Source: Antedon mediterranea (lineage: Eukaryota > Animalia > Echinodermata). Taken from it: a DNA stretch of 64,000 nucleotides. The position numbers were made by a program, and so were the translations under genes. This document shows, piece by piece, positions 27,701 to 40,797 of the stretch; position 1 is the first letter of the stretch; each line of letters starts with the position of its first letter. The notes below the pieces were generated by a model. It saw only the letters and a program-made list of their open reading frames with translations, was not told the DNA's origin and ran no database searches. The DNA lies in the NCBI RefSeq assembly GCF_964355755.1, contig NW_027306097.1, forward strand, positions 1 to 64,000, in the 5' to 3' direction.

Positions 27701-30700
27701 TGAAGCTATTCTAAGCACTTTCATGTTTTTATGTTAACAAGTTTTTTCGAAAATCACAAAATGGTCTAAAACGTTTCCAAATGCGATTTGAAGCTATTCT
27801 AAGCACTTTCGTGTTTTTATGTTAACAAGTTTTTTCGAAAATCACAAAATGGTCTAAAACGTCTCCAAATGCGATTTGAAGCTATTCTAAACCCTTTGGT
27901 GTTTTTATGTTGATAAGTTTTTTCGAAAATCACAAATTGGTCTAAAACGTCTCCAAATGCGATTTGAAGCTATTCTAAACACTTTGGTGTTTTTATGTTA
28001 ACAATTTTTTTCGAAAATCACAAAATGGTCTAAAACGTTTCCAAATGCGATTTGAAGCTATTCTAAGCACTTTCGTGTTTTTATGTTAACAAGTTTTTTC
28101 GAAAATCACTAAATGGTCTAAAACGTTTCCAAATGCGATTTGAAGCTATTCTAAGCACTTTCGTGTTTTTATGTTAACAAGTTTTTTCGAAAATCACAAA
28201 ATGGTCTAAAACGTCTCCAAATGTGATTTGAAGCTATTCTAAGCACTTTGGTGTTTTTATGTTAACAAGTTTTTTCAAAAATCACAAAATGGTCTAAAAC
28301 GTCTCCAAATGCGATTTGAAGCTATTCTAAGCACTTTGGTGTTTTGTGTGAAAAAGTTTTATCTAAATGCTCAAAATGGTCTAAAACATTTTTAAATACG
28401 ATATTAAGCTATTTTGTGCTCTTTGATGTTTTTGTGTGAAAATTGTTATCGAAATGCTCAAAATGGTCTAAAACGGTTTATAATGTGATTCTAAGCACTT
28501 ATGGTCTAAAACGTCTCCAAATGTGATTTGAAGCTATTCTAAGCACTTTGGTGTTTTTATGTTAAAAAGTTTTTTCGAAAATCACAAAATGGTCTAAAAC
28601 GTCTCCAAATGCGATTTGAAGCTATTCTAAGCACTTTGGTATTTTGTGTGAAAAAGTTTTGTCGAAATGCTCAAAATGGTCTAAAACGATTTATAATGTG
28701 ATTTTAAGCACTTTGATGTTTTTGTGTAACCAAGTTTCATCGAAATGCACAAAATGGTCTAAAACGTCTCCAAATGCGATTTGAAGCTATTCTAAGCACT
28801 TTGGTGTTTTGTGTGAAAAAGTTTTGTCTAAAGGCTCAAAATGGTCTAAAACGTTTTTAAATACGATATTAAGCTATTTTGTGCTCTTTGATGTTTTTGT
28901 GTGAAAAGTGTTACCGAAATGCTCAAAATGGTCTAAAACGGTTTATAATGTGATTTTAAGCACTTTGATGTTTTTGTGTAACCAAGTTTTTTCGAAAATC
29001 TCAAAATGGTCTAAAACGTCTCCAAATACGATTTGAAGCTATTCTAAGCACTTTGGTGTTTTTATGTTAACAAGTTTTTTCGAAAATCACAAAATGGTCT
29101 AAAACGTCTCCAAATGCGATTTGAAGCTATTCTAAGCACTTTGGTGTTTTTATGTTAACAAGTTTTTTCAAAATCACAAAATGGTCTAAAACGTCTCCAA
29201 ATGCGATTTGAAGCTATTCTAAACCCTTTGGTGTTTTTATGTTGATAAGTTTTTTCGAAAATCACAAATTGGTCTAAAACGTCTCCAAATGCGATTTGAA
29301 GCTATTCTAAACACTTTGGTGTTTTTATGTTAACAATTTTTTTTCGAAAATCACAAAATGGTCTAAAACGTTTCCAAATGCGATTTGAAGCTATTCTAAG
29401 CACTTTCGTGTTTTTATGTTAACAAGTTTTTTCGAAAATCACAAAATGGTCTAAAACGTTTCCAAATGCGATTTGAAGCTATTCTAAGCACTTTCGTGTT
29501 TTTATGTTAACAAGTTTTTTCGAAAATCACAAAATGGTCTAAAACGTTTCCAAATGCGATTTGAAGCTATTCTAAGCACTTTCGTGTTTTTATGTTAACA
29601 AGTTTTTTCGAAAATCACAAAATGGTCTAAAACGTCTCCAAATGTGATTTGAAGCTATTCTAAGCACTTTGGTGTTTTTATGTTAACAAGTTTTTTCAAA
29701 AATCACAAAATGGTCTAAAACGTCTCCAAATGCGATTTGAAGCTATTCTAAGCACTTTGGTGTTTTGTGTGAAAAAGTTTTATCTAAATGCTCAAAATGG
29801 TCTAAAACATTTTTAAATACGATATTAAGCTATTTTGTGCTCTTTGATGTTTTTGTGTGAAAATTGTTATCGAAATGCTCAAAATGGTCTAAAACGGTTT
29901 ATAATGTGATTCTAAGCACTTTGGTGTTTTTATGTTAACAATTTTTTTCGAAAATCACAAAATGGTCTAAAACGTTTCCAAATGCGATTTGAAGCTATTC
30001 TAAGAACTTCGTGTTTTTATGTTAACAAGTTTTATCGAAAATCACAAAATGGTCTAAAATGTCTCCAAATGTGATTTGAAGCTATTCTAAGCACTTTGGT
30101 GTTTTTATGTTAAAAAGTTTTTTCGAAAATCACAAAATGGTCTAAAACGTCTCCAAATGCGATTTGAAGCTATTCTAAGCACTTTGGTATTTTGTGTGAA
30201 AAAGTTTTGTCGAAATGCTCAAAATGGTCTAAAACGATTTATAATGTGATTTTAAGCACTTTGATGTTTTTGTGTAACCAAGTTTCATCGAAATGCACAA
30301 AATGGTCTAAAACGTCTCCAAATGCGATTTGAAGCTATTCTAAGCACTTTGGTGTTTTGTGTGAAAAAGTTTTGTCTAAATGCTCAAAATGGTCTAAAAC
30401 GTTTTTAAATACGATATTAAGCTATTTTGTGCTCTTTGATGTTTTTGTGTGAAAAGTGTTATCGAAATGCTCAAAATGGTCTAAAACGTTTTATAATGTG
30501 ATTTTAAGCACTTTGATGTTTTTGTGTAATCAAGTTTCATCGAAATGCACAAATTGGTCTAAAACGTCTCCAAATGCGATTTGAAGCTATTCTAAGCACT
30601 TTGGTGTTTTGTGTGAAAAAGTTTTGTCGAAATGCTCAAAATGGTCTAAAACGTTTTTAAATACGATATTAAGCTATTTTGTGCTCTTTGATGTTTTTGT

Positions 30701-30970
30701 GTGAAAAGTGTTATCGAAATGCTCAAAATGGTCTAAAACGGTTTATAATGTGATTTTAAGCACTTTGATGTTTTTGTGTAACCAAGTTTTTTCGAAAATC
30801 TCAAAATGGTCTAAAACGTCTCCAAATACGATTTGAAGCTATTCTAAGCACTTTGGTGTTTTTATGTTAACAAGTTTGTTCAAAATCACAAAATGGTCTA
30901 AAACGTCTCCAAATGTGATTTGAAGCTATTCTAAGCACTTTGGTGTTTTTATGTTAACAAGTTTTTTCAA
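15788..30970 (+). repeat. Copy 2 of ~15.8-kb tandem segmental duplication (contains 516 bp absent from copy 1; collinearity ends near 30970)
   Basis: Same marker series as copy 1. The offset jumps from 15,797 to 16,313 after about 13,680/29,480 (GTTTGTTCAAAA at 14561/30874). Confidence 0.88.
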
Positions 30971-31949
30971 AATCACAAAATGGTCTAAACCGTCTCCAAA
31001 TGCGATTTGAAGCTATTCTAAGCACTTTGGTGTTTTGTGTGAAAAATTTTATCTAAATGCTCAAAATGGTCTAAAACATTTTTAAATACGATATTAAGCT
31101 ATTTTGTGCTCTTTGATGTTTTTGTGTGAAAATTGTTATCGAAATGCTCAAAATGGTCTAAAACGGTTTATATTGTGATTCTAAGCACTTTGGTGTTTTT
31201 ATGTTAACAATCTTTTTCGAAAATCACAAAATGGTCTAAAACGTTTCCAAATGCGATTTGAAGCTATTCTAAGCACTTTCGTGTTTTTATGTTAACAAGT
31301 TTTTTCGAAAATCACAAAATGGTCTAAAACGTCTCCAAATGTGATTTGAAGCTATTCTAAGCACTTTGGTGTTTTTATGTTAACAAGTTTTTTCAAAAAT
31401 CACAAAATGGTCTAAAACGTCTCCAAATGCGATTTGAAGCTATTCTAAACCCTTTGGTGTTTTTATGTTGATAAGTTTTTTCGAAAATCACAAAATGGTC
31501 TAAAACGTCTCCAAATGCGATTTGAAGCTATTCTAAGCACTTTGGTGTTTTGTGTGAAAAAGTTTTGTCTAAATGCTCAAAAAATGGTCTAAAACGTTTT
31601 TAAATACGATATTAAGCTATTTTGTGCTCTTTGATGTTTTTGTGTGAAAAGTGTTATCGAAATGCTCAAAATGGTCTAAAACGGTTTATAATGTGATTTT
31701 AAGCACGTTGATGTTTTTGTGTAATCAAGTTTCATCGAAATGCACAAATTGGTCTAAAACGTCTCCAAATGCGATTTGAAGCTATTCTAAGCACTTTGGT
31801 GTTTTGTGTGAAAAAGTTTTGTCGAAATGCTCAAAATGGTCTAAAACGTTTTTAAATACGATATTAAGCTATTTTGTGCTCTTTGATGTTTTTGTGTGAA
31901 AAGTGTTATCGAAATGTTCAAAATGGTCTAAAACGGTTTATAATGTGAT

Positions 31950-34600
31950 TTTAAGCACTTTGGTGTTTTTATGTTAACAATCTTTTTCGAAAATCACAAA
32001 ATGGTCTAAAACGTTTCCAAATGCGATTTGAAGCTATTCTAACCACTTTCGTGTTTTTATGTTAACAAGTTTTTTCGAAAATCACAAAATGGTCTAAAAC
32101 GTCTCCAAATGTGATTTGAAGCTATTCTAAGCACTTTGGTGTTTTTATGTTAACAAGTTTTTTCAAAAATCACAAAATGGTCTAAAACGTCTCCAAATGC
32201 GATTTGAAGCTATTCTAAGCACTTTGGTGTTTTTATGTTAACAGGTTTTTTCGAAGAACACAAAATGTTCTAAAACATCTCCAAATGCGATTTGAAGCTA
32301 TTCTAAGCACTTTGGTGTTTTTATGTTAACAGTTTTTTTCGAAAATCACAAAATGGTCTAAAACGTCTCCAAATACGATTTGAAGCTATTCTAAGCACTT
32401 TCATGTTTTTATGTTAACAAGTTTTTTCGAAAATCACAAAATGGTCTAAAACGTTTCCAAATGCGATTTGAAGCTATTCTAAGCACTTTCGTGTTTTTAT
32501 GTTAACAAGTTTTTTCGAAAATCACAAAATGGTCTAAAACGTCTCCAAATGCGATTTGAAGCTATTCTAAACCCTTTGGTGTTTTTATGTTGATAAGTTT
32601 TTTCGAAAATCACAAATTGGTCTAAAACGTCTCCAAATGCGATTTGAAGCTATTCTAAACACTTTGGTGTTTTTATGTTAACAATTTTTTTCGAAAATCA
32701 CAAAATGGTCTAAAACGTTTCCAAATGCGATTTGAAGCTATTCTAAGCACTTTCGTGTTTTTATGTTAACAAGTTTTTTCGAAAATCACTAAATGGTCTA
32801 AAACGTTTCCAAATGCGATTTGAAGCTATTCTAAGCACTTTCGTGTTTTTATGTTAACAAGTTTTTTCGAAAATCACAAAATGGTCTAAAACGTCTCCAA
32901 ATGTGATTTGAAGCTATTCTAAGCACTTTGGTGTTTTTATGTTAACAAGTTTTTTCAAAAATCACAAAATGGTCTAAAACGTCTCCAAATGCGATTTGAA
33001 GCTATTCTAAACCCTTTGGTGTTTTGTGTGAAAAAGTTTTATCTAAATGCTCAAAATGGTCTAAAACATTTTTAAATACGATATTAAGCTATTTTGTGCT
33101 CTTTGATGTTTTTGTGTGAAAATTGTTATCGAAATGCTCAAAATGGTCTAAAACGGTTTATAATGTGATTCTAAGCACTTATGGTCTAAAACGTCTCCAA
33201 ATGTGATTTGAAGCTATTCTAAGCACTTTGGTGTTTTTATGTTAAAAAGTTTTTTCGAAAATCACAAAATGGTCTAAAACGTCTCCAAATGCGATTTGAA
33301 GCTATTCTAAGCACTTTGGTATTTTGTGTGAAAAAGTTTTGTCGAAATGCTCAAAATGGTCTAAAACGATTTATAATGTGATTTTAAGCACTTTGATGTT
33401 TTTGTGTAACCAAGTTTCATCGAAATGCACAAAATGGTCTAAAACGTCTCCAAATGCGATTTGAAGCTATTCTAAGCACTTTGGTGTTTTGTGTGAAAAA
33501 GTTTTGTCTAAAGGCTCAAAATGGTCTAAAACGTTTTTAAATACGATATTAAGCTATTTTGTGCTCTTTGATGTTTTTGTGTGAAAAGTGTTACCGAAAT
33601 GCTCAAAATGGTCTAAAACGGTTTATAATGTTATTTTAAGCACTTTGATGTTTTTGTGTAACCAAGTTTTTTCGAAAATCTCAAAATGGTCTAAAACGTC
33701 TCCAAATACGATTTGAAGCTATTCTAAGCACTTTGGTGTTTTTATGTTAACAAGTTTTTTCGAAAATCACAAAATGGTCTAAAACGTCTCCAAATGCGAT
33801 TTGAAGCTATTCTAAGCACTTTGGTGTTTTTATGTTAACAAGTTTTTTCAAAATCACAAAATGGTCTAAAACGTCTCCAAATGCGATTTGAAGCTATTCT
33901 AAACCCTTTGGTGTTTTTATGTTGATAAGTTTTTTCGAAAATCACAAATTGGTCTAAAACGTCTCCAAATGCGATTTGAAGCTATTCTAAACACTTTGGT
34001 GTTTTTATGTTAACAATTTTTTTTCGAAAATCACAAAATGGTCTAAAACGTTTCCAAATGCGATTTGAAGCTATTCTAAGCACTTTCGTGTTTTTATGTT
34101 AACAAGTTTTTTCGAAAATCACAAAATGGTCTAAAACGTTTCCAAATGCGATTTGAAGCTATTCTAAGCACTTTCGTGTTTTTATGTTAACAAGTTTTTT
34201 CGAAAATCACAAAATGGTCTAAAACGTTTCCAAATGCGATTTGAAGCTATTCTAAGCACTTTCGTGTTTTTATGTTAACAAGTTTTTTCGAAAATCACAA
34301 AATGGTCTAAAACGTCTCCAAATGTGATTTGAAGCTATTCTAAGCACTTTGGTGTTTTTATGTTAACAAGTTTTTTCAAAAATCACAAAATGGTCTAAAA
34401 CGTCTCCAAATGCGATTTGAAGCTATTCTAAGCACTTTGGTGTTTTGTGTGAAAAAGTTTTATCTAAATGCTCAAAATGGTCTAAAACATTTTTAAATAC
34501 GATATTAAGCTATTTTGTGCTCTTTGATGTTTTTGTGTGAAAATTGTTATCGAAATGCTCAAAATGGTCTAAAACGGTTTATAATGTGATTCTAAGCACT
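31950..34600 (+). repeat. ~2.65-kb near-identical copy of 27270-29920 (offset 4,680 bp)
   Basis: Printed lines match almost exactly, for example AACCACTTTC at 27361/32041. Only isolated SNPs were seen (near 33011 and 33631). Confidence 0.88.
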
Positions 34601-37600
34601 TATGGTCTAAAATGTCTCCAAATGTGATTTGAAGCTATTCTAAGCACTTTGGTGTTTTTATGTTAAAAAGTTTTTTCGAAAATCACAAAATGGTCTAAAA
34701 CGTCTCCAAATGCGATTTGAAGCTATTCTAAGCACTTTGGTATTTTGTGTGAAAAAGTTTTGTCGAAATGCTCAAAATGGTCTAAAACGATTTATAATGT
34801 GATTTTAAGCACTTTGATGTTTTTGTGTAACCAAGTTTCATCGAAATGCACAAAATGGTCTAAAACGTCTCCAAATGCGATTTGAAGCTATTCTAAGCAC
34901 TTTGGTGTTTTGTGTGAAAAAGTTTTGTCTAAATGCTCAAAATGGTCTAAAACGTTTTTAAATACGATATTAAGCTATTTTGTGCTCTTTGATGTTTTTG
35001 TGTGAAAAGTGTTATCGAAATGCTCAAAATGGTCTAAAACGGTTTATAATGTGATTTTAAGCACTTTGATGTTTTTGTGTAATCAAGTTTCATCGAAATG
35101 CACAAATTGGTCTAAAACGTCTCCAAATGCGATTTGAAGCTATTCTAAGCACTTTGGTGTTTTGTGTGAAAAAGTTTTGTCGAAATGCTCAAAATGGTTT
35201 AAAACGTTTTTAAATACGATATTAAGCTATTTTGTGCTCTTTGATGTTTTTGTGTGAAAAGTGTTATCGAAATGTTCAAAATGGTCTAAAACGGTTTATA
35301 ATGTGATTTTAAGCACTTTGATGTTTTTGTGTAACCAAGTTTTTTCGAAAATCTCAAAATGGTCTAAAACGTCTCCAAATACGATTTGAAGCTATTCTAA
35401 GCACTTTGGTGTTTTTATGTTAACAAGTTTTTTCGAAAATCACAAAATGGTCTAAAACGTCTCCAAATGCGATTTGAAGCTATTCTTAGCACTTTGGTGT
35501 TTTTGATGTTTTTGTGTGAAAATTGTTATCGAAATGCTCAAAATGGTCTAAAACGGTTTATATTGTGATTCTAAGCACTTTGGTGTTTTTATGTTAACAA
35601 TCTTTTTCGAAAATCACAAAATGGTCTAAAACGTTTCCAAATGCGATTTGAAGCTATTCTAAGCACTTTCGTGTTTTTATGTTAACAAGTTTTTTCGAAA
35701 ATCACAAAATGGTCTAAAACGTCTCCAAATGTGATTTGAAGCTATTCTAAGCACTTTGGTGTTTTTATGTTAACAAGTTTTTTCAAAAATCACAAAATGG
35801 TCTAAAACGTCTCCAAATGCGATTTGAAGCTATTCTAAGCACTTTGGTGTTTTTATGTTAACAGGTTTTTTCGAAGAACACAAAATGTTCTAAAACGTCT
35901 CCAAATGCGATTTGAAGCTATTCTAAGCACTTTGGTGTTTTTATGTTAACAGTTTTTTTCGAAAAACACAAAATGTTCTAAAACGTCTCCAAATGCGATT
36001 TGAAGCTATTCTAAGCACTTTGGTGTTTTGTGTGAAAAAGTTTTGTCTAAATGCTCAAAATGGTCTAAAACGTTTTTAAATACGATATTAAGCTATTTTG
36101 TGCTCTTTGATGTTTTTGTGTGAAAAGTGTTATCGAAATGCTCAAAATGGTCTAAAACGGTTTATAATGTGATTTTAAGCACTTTGATGTTTTTGTGTAA
36201 TCAAGTTTCATCGAAATGCACAAATTGGTCTAAAACGTCTCCAAATGCGATTTGAAGCTATTCTAAGCACTTTGGTGTTTTGTGTGAAAAAGTTTTGTCG
36301 AAATGCTCAAAATGGTCTAAAACGTTTTTAAATACGATATTAAGCTATTTTGTGCTCTTTGATGTTTTTGTGTGAAAAGTGTTATCGAAATGCTCAAAAT
36401 GGTCTAAAACGGTTTATAATGTGATTTTAAGCACTTTGATGTTTTTGTGTAACCAAGTTTTTTCGAAAATCTCAAAATGGTCTAAAACGTCTCCAAATAC
36501 GATTTGAAGCTATTCTAAGCACTTTGGTGTTTTTATGTTAACAAGTTTTTTCGAAAATCACAAAATGGTCTAAAACGTCTCCAAATGCGATTTGAAGCTA
36601 TTCTAAGCACTTTGGTGTTTTTATGTTAACAAGTTTTTTCAAAATCACAAAATGGTCTAAAACGTCTCCAAATGCGATTTGAAGCTATTCTAAACCCTTT
36701 GGTGTTTTTATGTTGATAAGTTTTTTCGAAAATCACAAATTGGTCTAAAACGTCTCCAAATGCGATTTGAAGCTATTCTAAACACTTTGGTGTTTTTATG
36801 TTAACAATTTTTTTCGAAAATCACAAAATGGTCTAAAACGTTTCCAAATGCGATTTGAAGCTATTCTAAGCACTTTCGTGTTTTTATGTTAACAAGTTTT
36901 TTCGAAAATCACAAAATGGTCTAAAACGTTTCCAAATTCGATTTGAAGCTATTCTAAGCACTTTCGTGTTTGTATGTTAACAAGTTTTTTCGAAAATCAC
37001 AAAATGGTCTGAAACGTCTCCAAATGTGATTTGAAGCTATTCTAACACTTTGGTGTTTTTATGTTAACCAGTTTTTTCAAAAATCACAAAATGGTCTAAA
37101 ACGTCTCCAAATGCGATTTGAAGCTATTCTAAGCACTTTGGTGTTTTGTGTGAAAAAGTTTTATCTAAATGCTCAAAATGGTCTAAAACATTTTTAAATA
37201 CGATATTAAGCTATTTTGTGCTCTTTGATGTTTTTGTGTGAAAATTGTTATCGAAATGCTCAAAATGGTCTAAAACGGTTTATAATGTGATTCTAAGCAC
37301 TTTGGTGTTTTTATGTTAACAATTTTTTTCGAAAATCACAAAATGGTCTAAAACGTTTCCAAATGCGATTTGAAGCTATTCTAAGCACTTTCGTGTTTTT
37401 ATGTTAACAAGTTTTTTCGAAAATCACAAAATGGTCTAAAACGTCTCCAAATGTGATTTGAAGCTATTCTAAGCACTTTGGTGTTTTTATGTTAAAAAGT
37501 TTTTTCGAAAATCACAAAATGGTCTAAAACGTCTCCAAATGCGATTTGAAGCCCTTTGGTATTTTGTGTGAAAAAGTTTTGTCGAAATGCTCAAAATGGT

Positions 37601-40600
37601 CTAAAACGATTTATAATGTCATTTTAAGCACTTTGATGTTTTTGTGTAACCAAGTTTCATCGAAATGCACAAAATGGTCTAAAACGTCTCCAAATGCGAT
37701 TTGAAGCTATTCTAAGCACTTTGGTGTTTTGTGTGAAAAAGTTTTGTCTAAATGCTCAAAAAATGGTCTAAAACGTTTTTAAATACGATATTAAGCTATT
37801 TTGTGCTCTTTGATGTTTTTGTGTGAAAAGTGTTATCGAAATGCTCAAAATGGTCTAAAACGGTTTATAATGTGATTTTAAGCACGTTGATGTTTTTGTG
37901 TAATCAAGTTTCATCGAAATGCACAAATTGGTCTAAAACGTCTCCAAATGCGATTTGAAGCTATTCTAAGCACTTTGGTGTTTTGTGTGAAAAAGTTTTG
38001 TCGAAATGCTCAAAATGGTCTAAAACGTTTTTAAATACGATATTAAGCTATTTTGTGCTCTTTGATGTTTTTGTGTGAAAAGTGTTATCGAAATGTTCAA
38101 AATGGTCTAAAACGGTTTATAATGTGATTTTAAGCACTTTGATGTTTTTGTGTTACCAAGTTTTTTCGAAAATCTCAAAATGGTCTAAAACGTCTCCAAA
38201 TACGATTTGAAGCTATTCTAAGCACTTTGGTGTTTTTATGTTAACAAGTTCTTTCGAAAATCACAAAATGGTCTAAAACGTCTCCAAATGCGATTTGAAG
38301 CTATTCTAAGCACTTTGGTGTTTTTATGTTAACAAGTTTTTTCAAAATCACAAAATGGTCTAAACCGTCTCCAAATGCGATTTGAAGCTATTCTAAGCAC
38401 TTTGGTGTTTTGTGTGAAAAAGTTTTATCTAAATGCTCAAAATGGTCTAAAACATTTTTAAATACGATATTAAGCTATTTTGTGCTCTTTGATGTTTTTG
38501 TGTGAAAATTGTTATCGAAATGCTCAAAATGGTCTAAAACGGTTTATATTGTGATTCTAAGCACTTTGGTGTTTTTATGTTAACAATCTTTTTCGAAAAT
38601 CACAAAATGGTCTAAAACGTTTCCAAATGCGATTTGAAGCTATTCTAACCACTTTCGTGTTTTTATGTTAACAAGTTTTTTCGAAAATCACAAAATGGTC
38701 TAAAACGTCTCCAAATGTGATTTGAAGCTATTCTAAGCACTTTGGTGTTTTTATGTTAACAAGTTTTTTCAAAAATCACAAAATGGTCTAAAACGTCTCC
38801 AAATGCGATTTGAAGCTATTCTAAGCACTTTGGTGTTTTTATGTTAACAGTTTTTTTCGAAAAACACAAAATGTTCTAAAACGTCTCCAAATGCGATTTG
38901 AAGCTATTCTAAGCACTTTGGTGTTTTGTGTGAAAAAGTTTTGTCTAAATGCTCAAAATGGTCTAAAACGTTTTTAAATACGATATTAAGCTATTTTGTG
39001 CTCTTTGATGTTTTTGTGTGAAAAGTGTTATCGAAATGCTCAAAATGGTCTAAAACGGTTTATAATGTGATTTTAAGCACTTTGATGTTTTTGTGTAATC
39101 AAGTTTCATCGAAATCACAAAATGGTATAAAAAACGTCTCCAAATGCGATTTGAAGCTATTCTAAGCACTTTGGTGTTTTGTGTGAAAAAGTTTTGTCGA
39201 AATGCTCAAAATGGTCTAAAACATTTATAAATACGATATTAAGCTATTTTGTGCTCTTTGATGTTTTTGTGTGAAAATTGTTATCGAAATGCTCAAAATG
39301 GTCTAAAACGGTTTATATTGTGATTCTAAGCACATTGGTGTTTTTATGTTAACAATCTTTTTCGAAAATCACAAAATGGTCTAAAACGTTTCCAAATGCG
39401 ATTTGAAGCTATTCTAAGCACTTTCGTGTTTTTATGTTAACAAGTTTTTTCAAAAATCACAAAATGGTCTACAACGTCTCCAAATGTGATTTGAAGCTAT
39501 TCTAAGCACTTTCGTGTTTTTATGTTAACAAGTTTTTTCAAAAATCACAAAATGGTCTAAAACATCTCCAAATGTGATTTGAAGCTATTCTAAGCACTTT
39601 GGTGTTTTTATGTTAACAAGTTTTTTCAAAAATCACAAAATGGTCTAAAACGTCTCCAAATGCGATTTGAAGCTATTCTAAGCACTTTGGTGTTTTGTGT
39701 GAAAAAGTTTTATCTAAATGCTCAAAATGGTCTAAAACATTTTTAAATACGATATTAAGCTATTTTGTGCTCTTTGATGTTTTTGTGTGAAAATTGTTAT
39801 CGAAATGCTCAAAATGGTTTAAAACGGTTTATAATGTGATTCTAAGCACTTATGGTCTAAAACGTCTCCAAATGTGATTTGAAGCTATTCTAAGCACTTT
39901 GGTGTTTTTATGTTAAAAAGTTTTTTCGAAAATCACAAAATGGTCTAAAACGTCTCCAAATGCGATTTGAAGCTATTTTAAGCACTTTGGTATTTTGTGT
40001 GAAAAAGTTTTGTCGAAATGCTCAAAATGGTCTAAAACGATTTATAATGTGATTTTAAGCACTTTGATGTTTTTGTGTAACCAAGTTTCATCGAAATGCA
40101 CAAAATGGTCTAAAACGTCTCCAAATGCGATTTGAAGCTATTCTAAGCACTTTGGTGTTTTGTGTGAAAAAGTTTTGTCTAAATGCTCAAAATGGTCTAA
40201 AACGTTTTTAAATACGATATTAAGCTATTTTGTGCTCTTTGATGTTTTTGTGTGAAAAGTGTTACCGAAATGCTAAAAATGGTCTAAAACGGTTTATAAT
40301 GTGATTTTAAGCACTTTGATGTTTTTGTGTAACCAATTTTTTTCGAAAATCTCAAAATGGTCTAAAACGTCTCCAAATACGATTTGAAGCTATTCTAAGC
40401 ACTTTGGTGTTTTTATGTTAACAAGTTTTTTCGAAAATCACAAAATGGTCTAAAACGTCTCCAAATGCGATTTGAAGCTATTCTAAGCACTTTGGTGTTT
40501 TTATGTTAACAAGTTTTTTCAAAATCACAAAATGGTCTAAAACGTCTCCAAATGCGATTTGAAGCTATTCTAAACCCTTTGGTGTTTTTATGTTGATAAG

Positions 40601-40797
40601 TTTTTTCGAAAATCACAAATTGGTCTAAAACGTCTCCAAATGCGATTTGAAGCTATTCTAAACACTTTGGTGTTTTTATGTTAACAATTTTTTTCGAAAA
40701 TCACAAAATGGTCTAAAACGTTTCCAAATGCGATTTGAAGCTATTCTAAGCACTTTCGTGTTTTTATGTTAACAATTTTTTTCGAAAATCACAAAAT

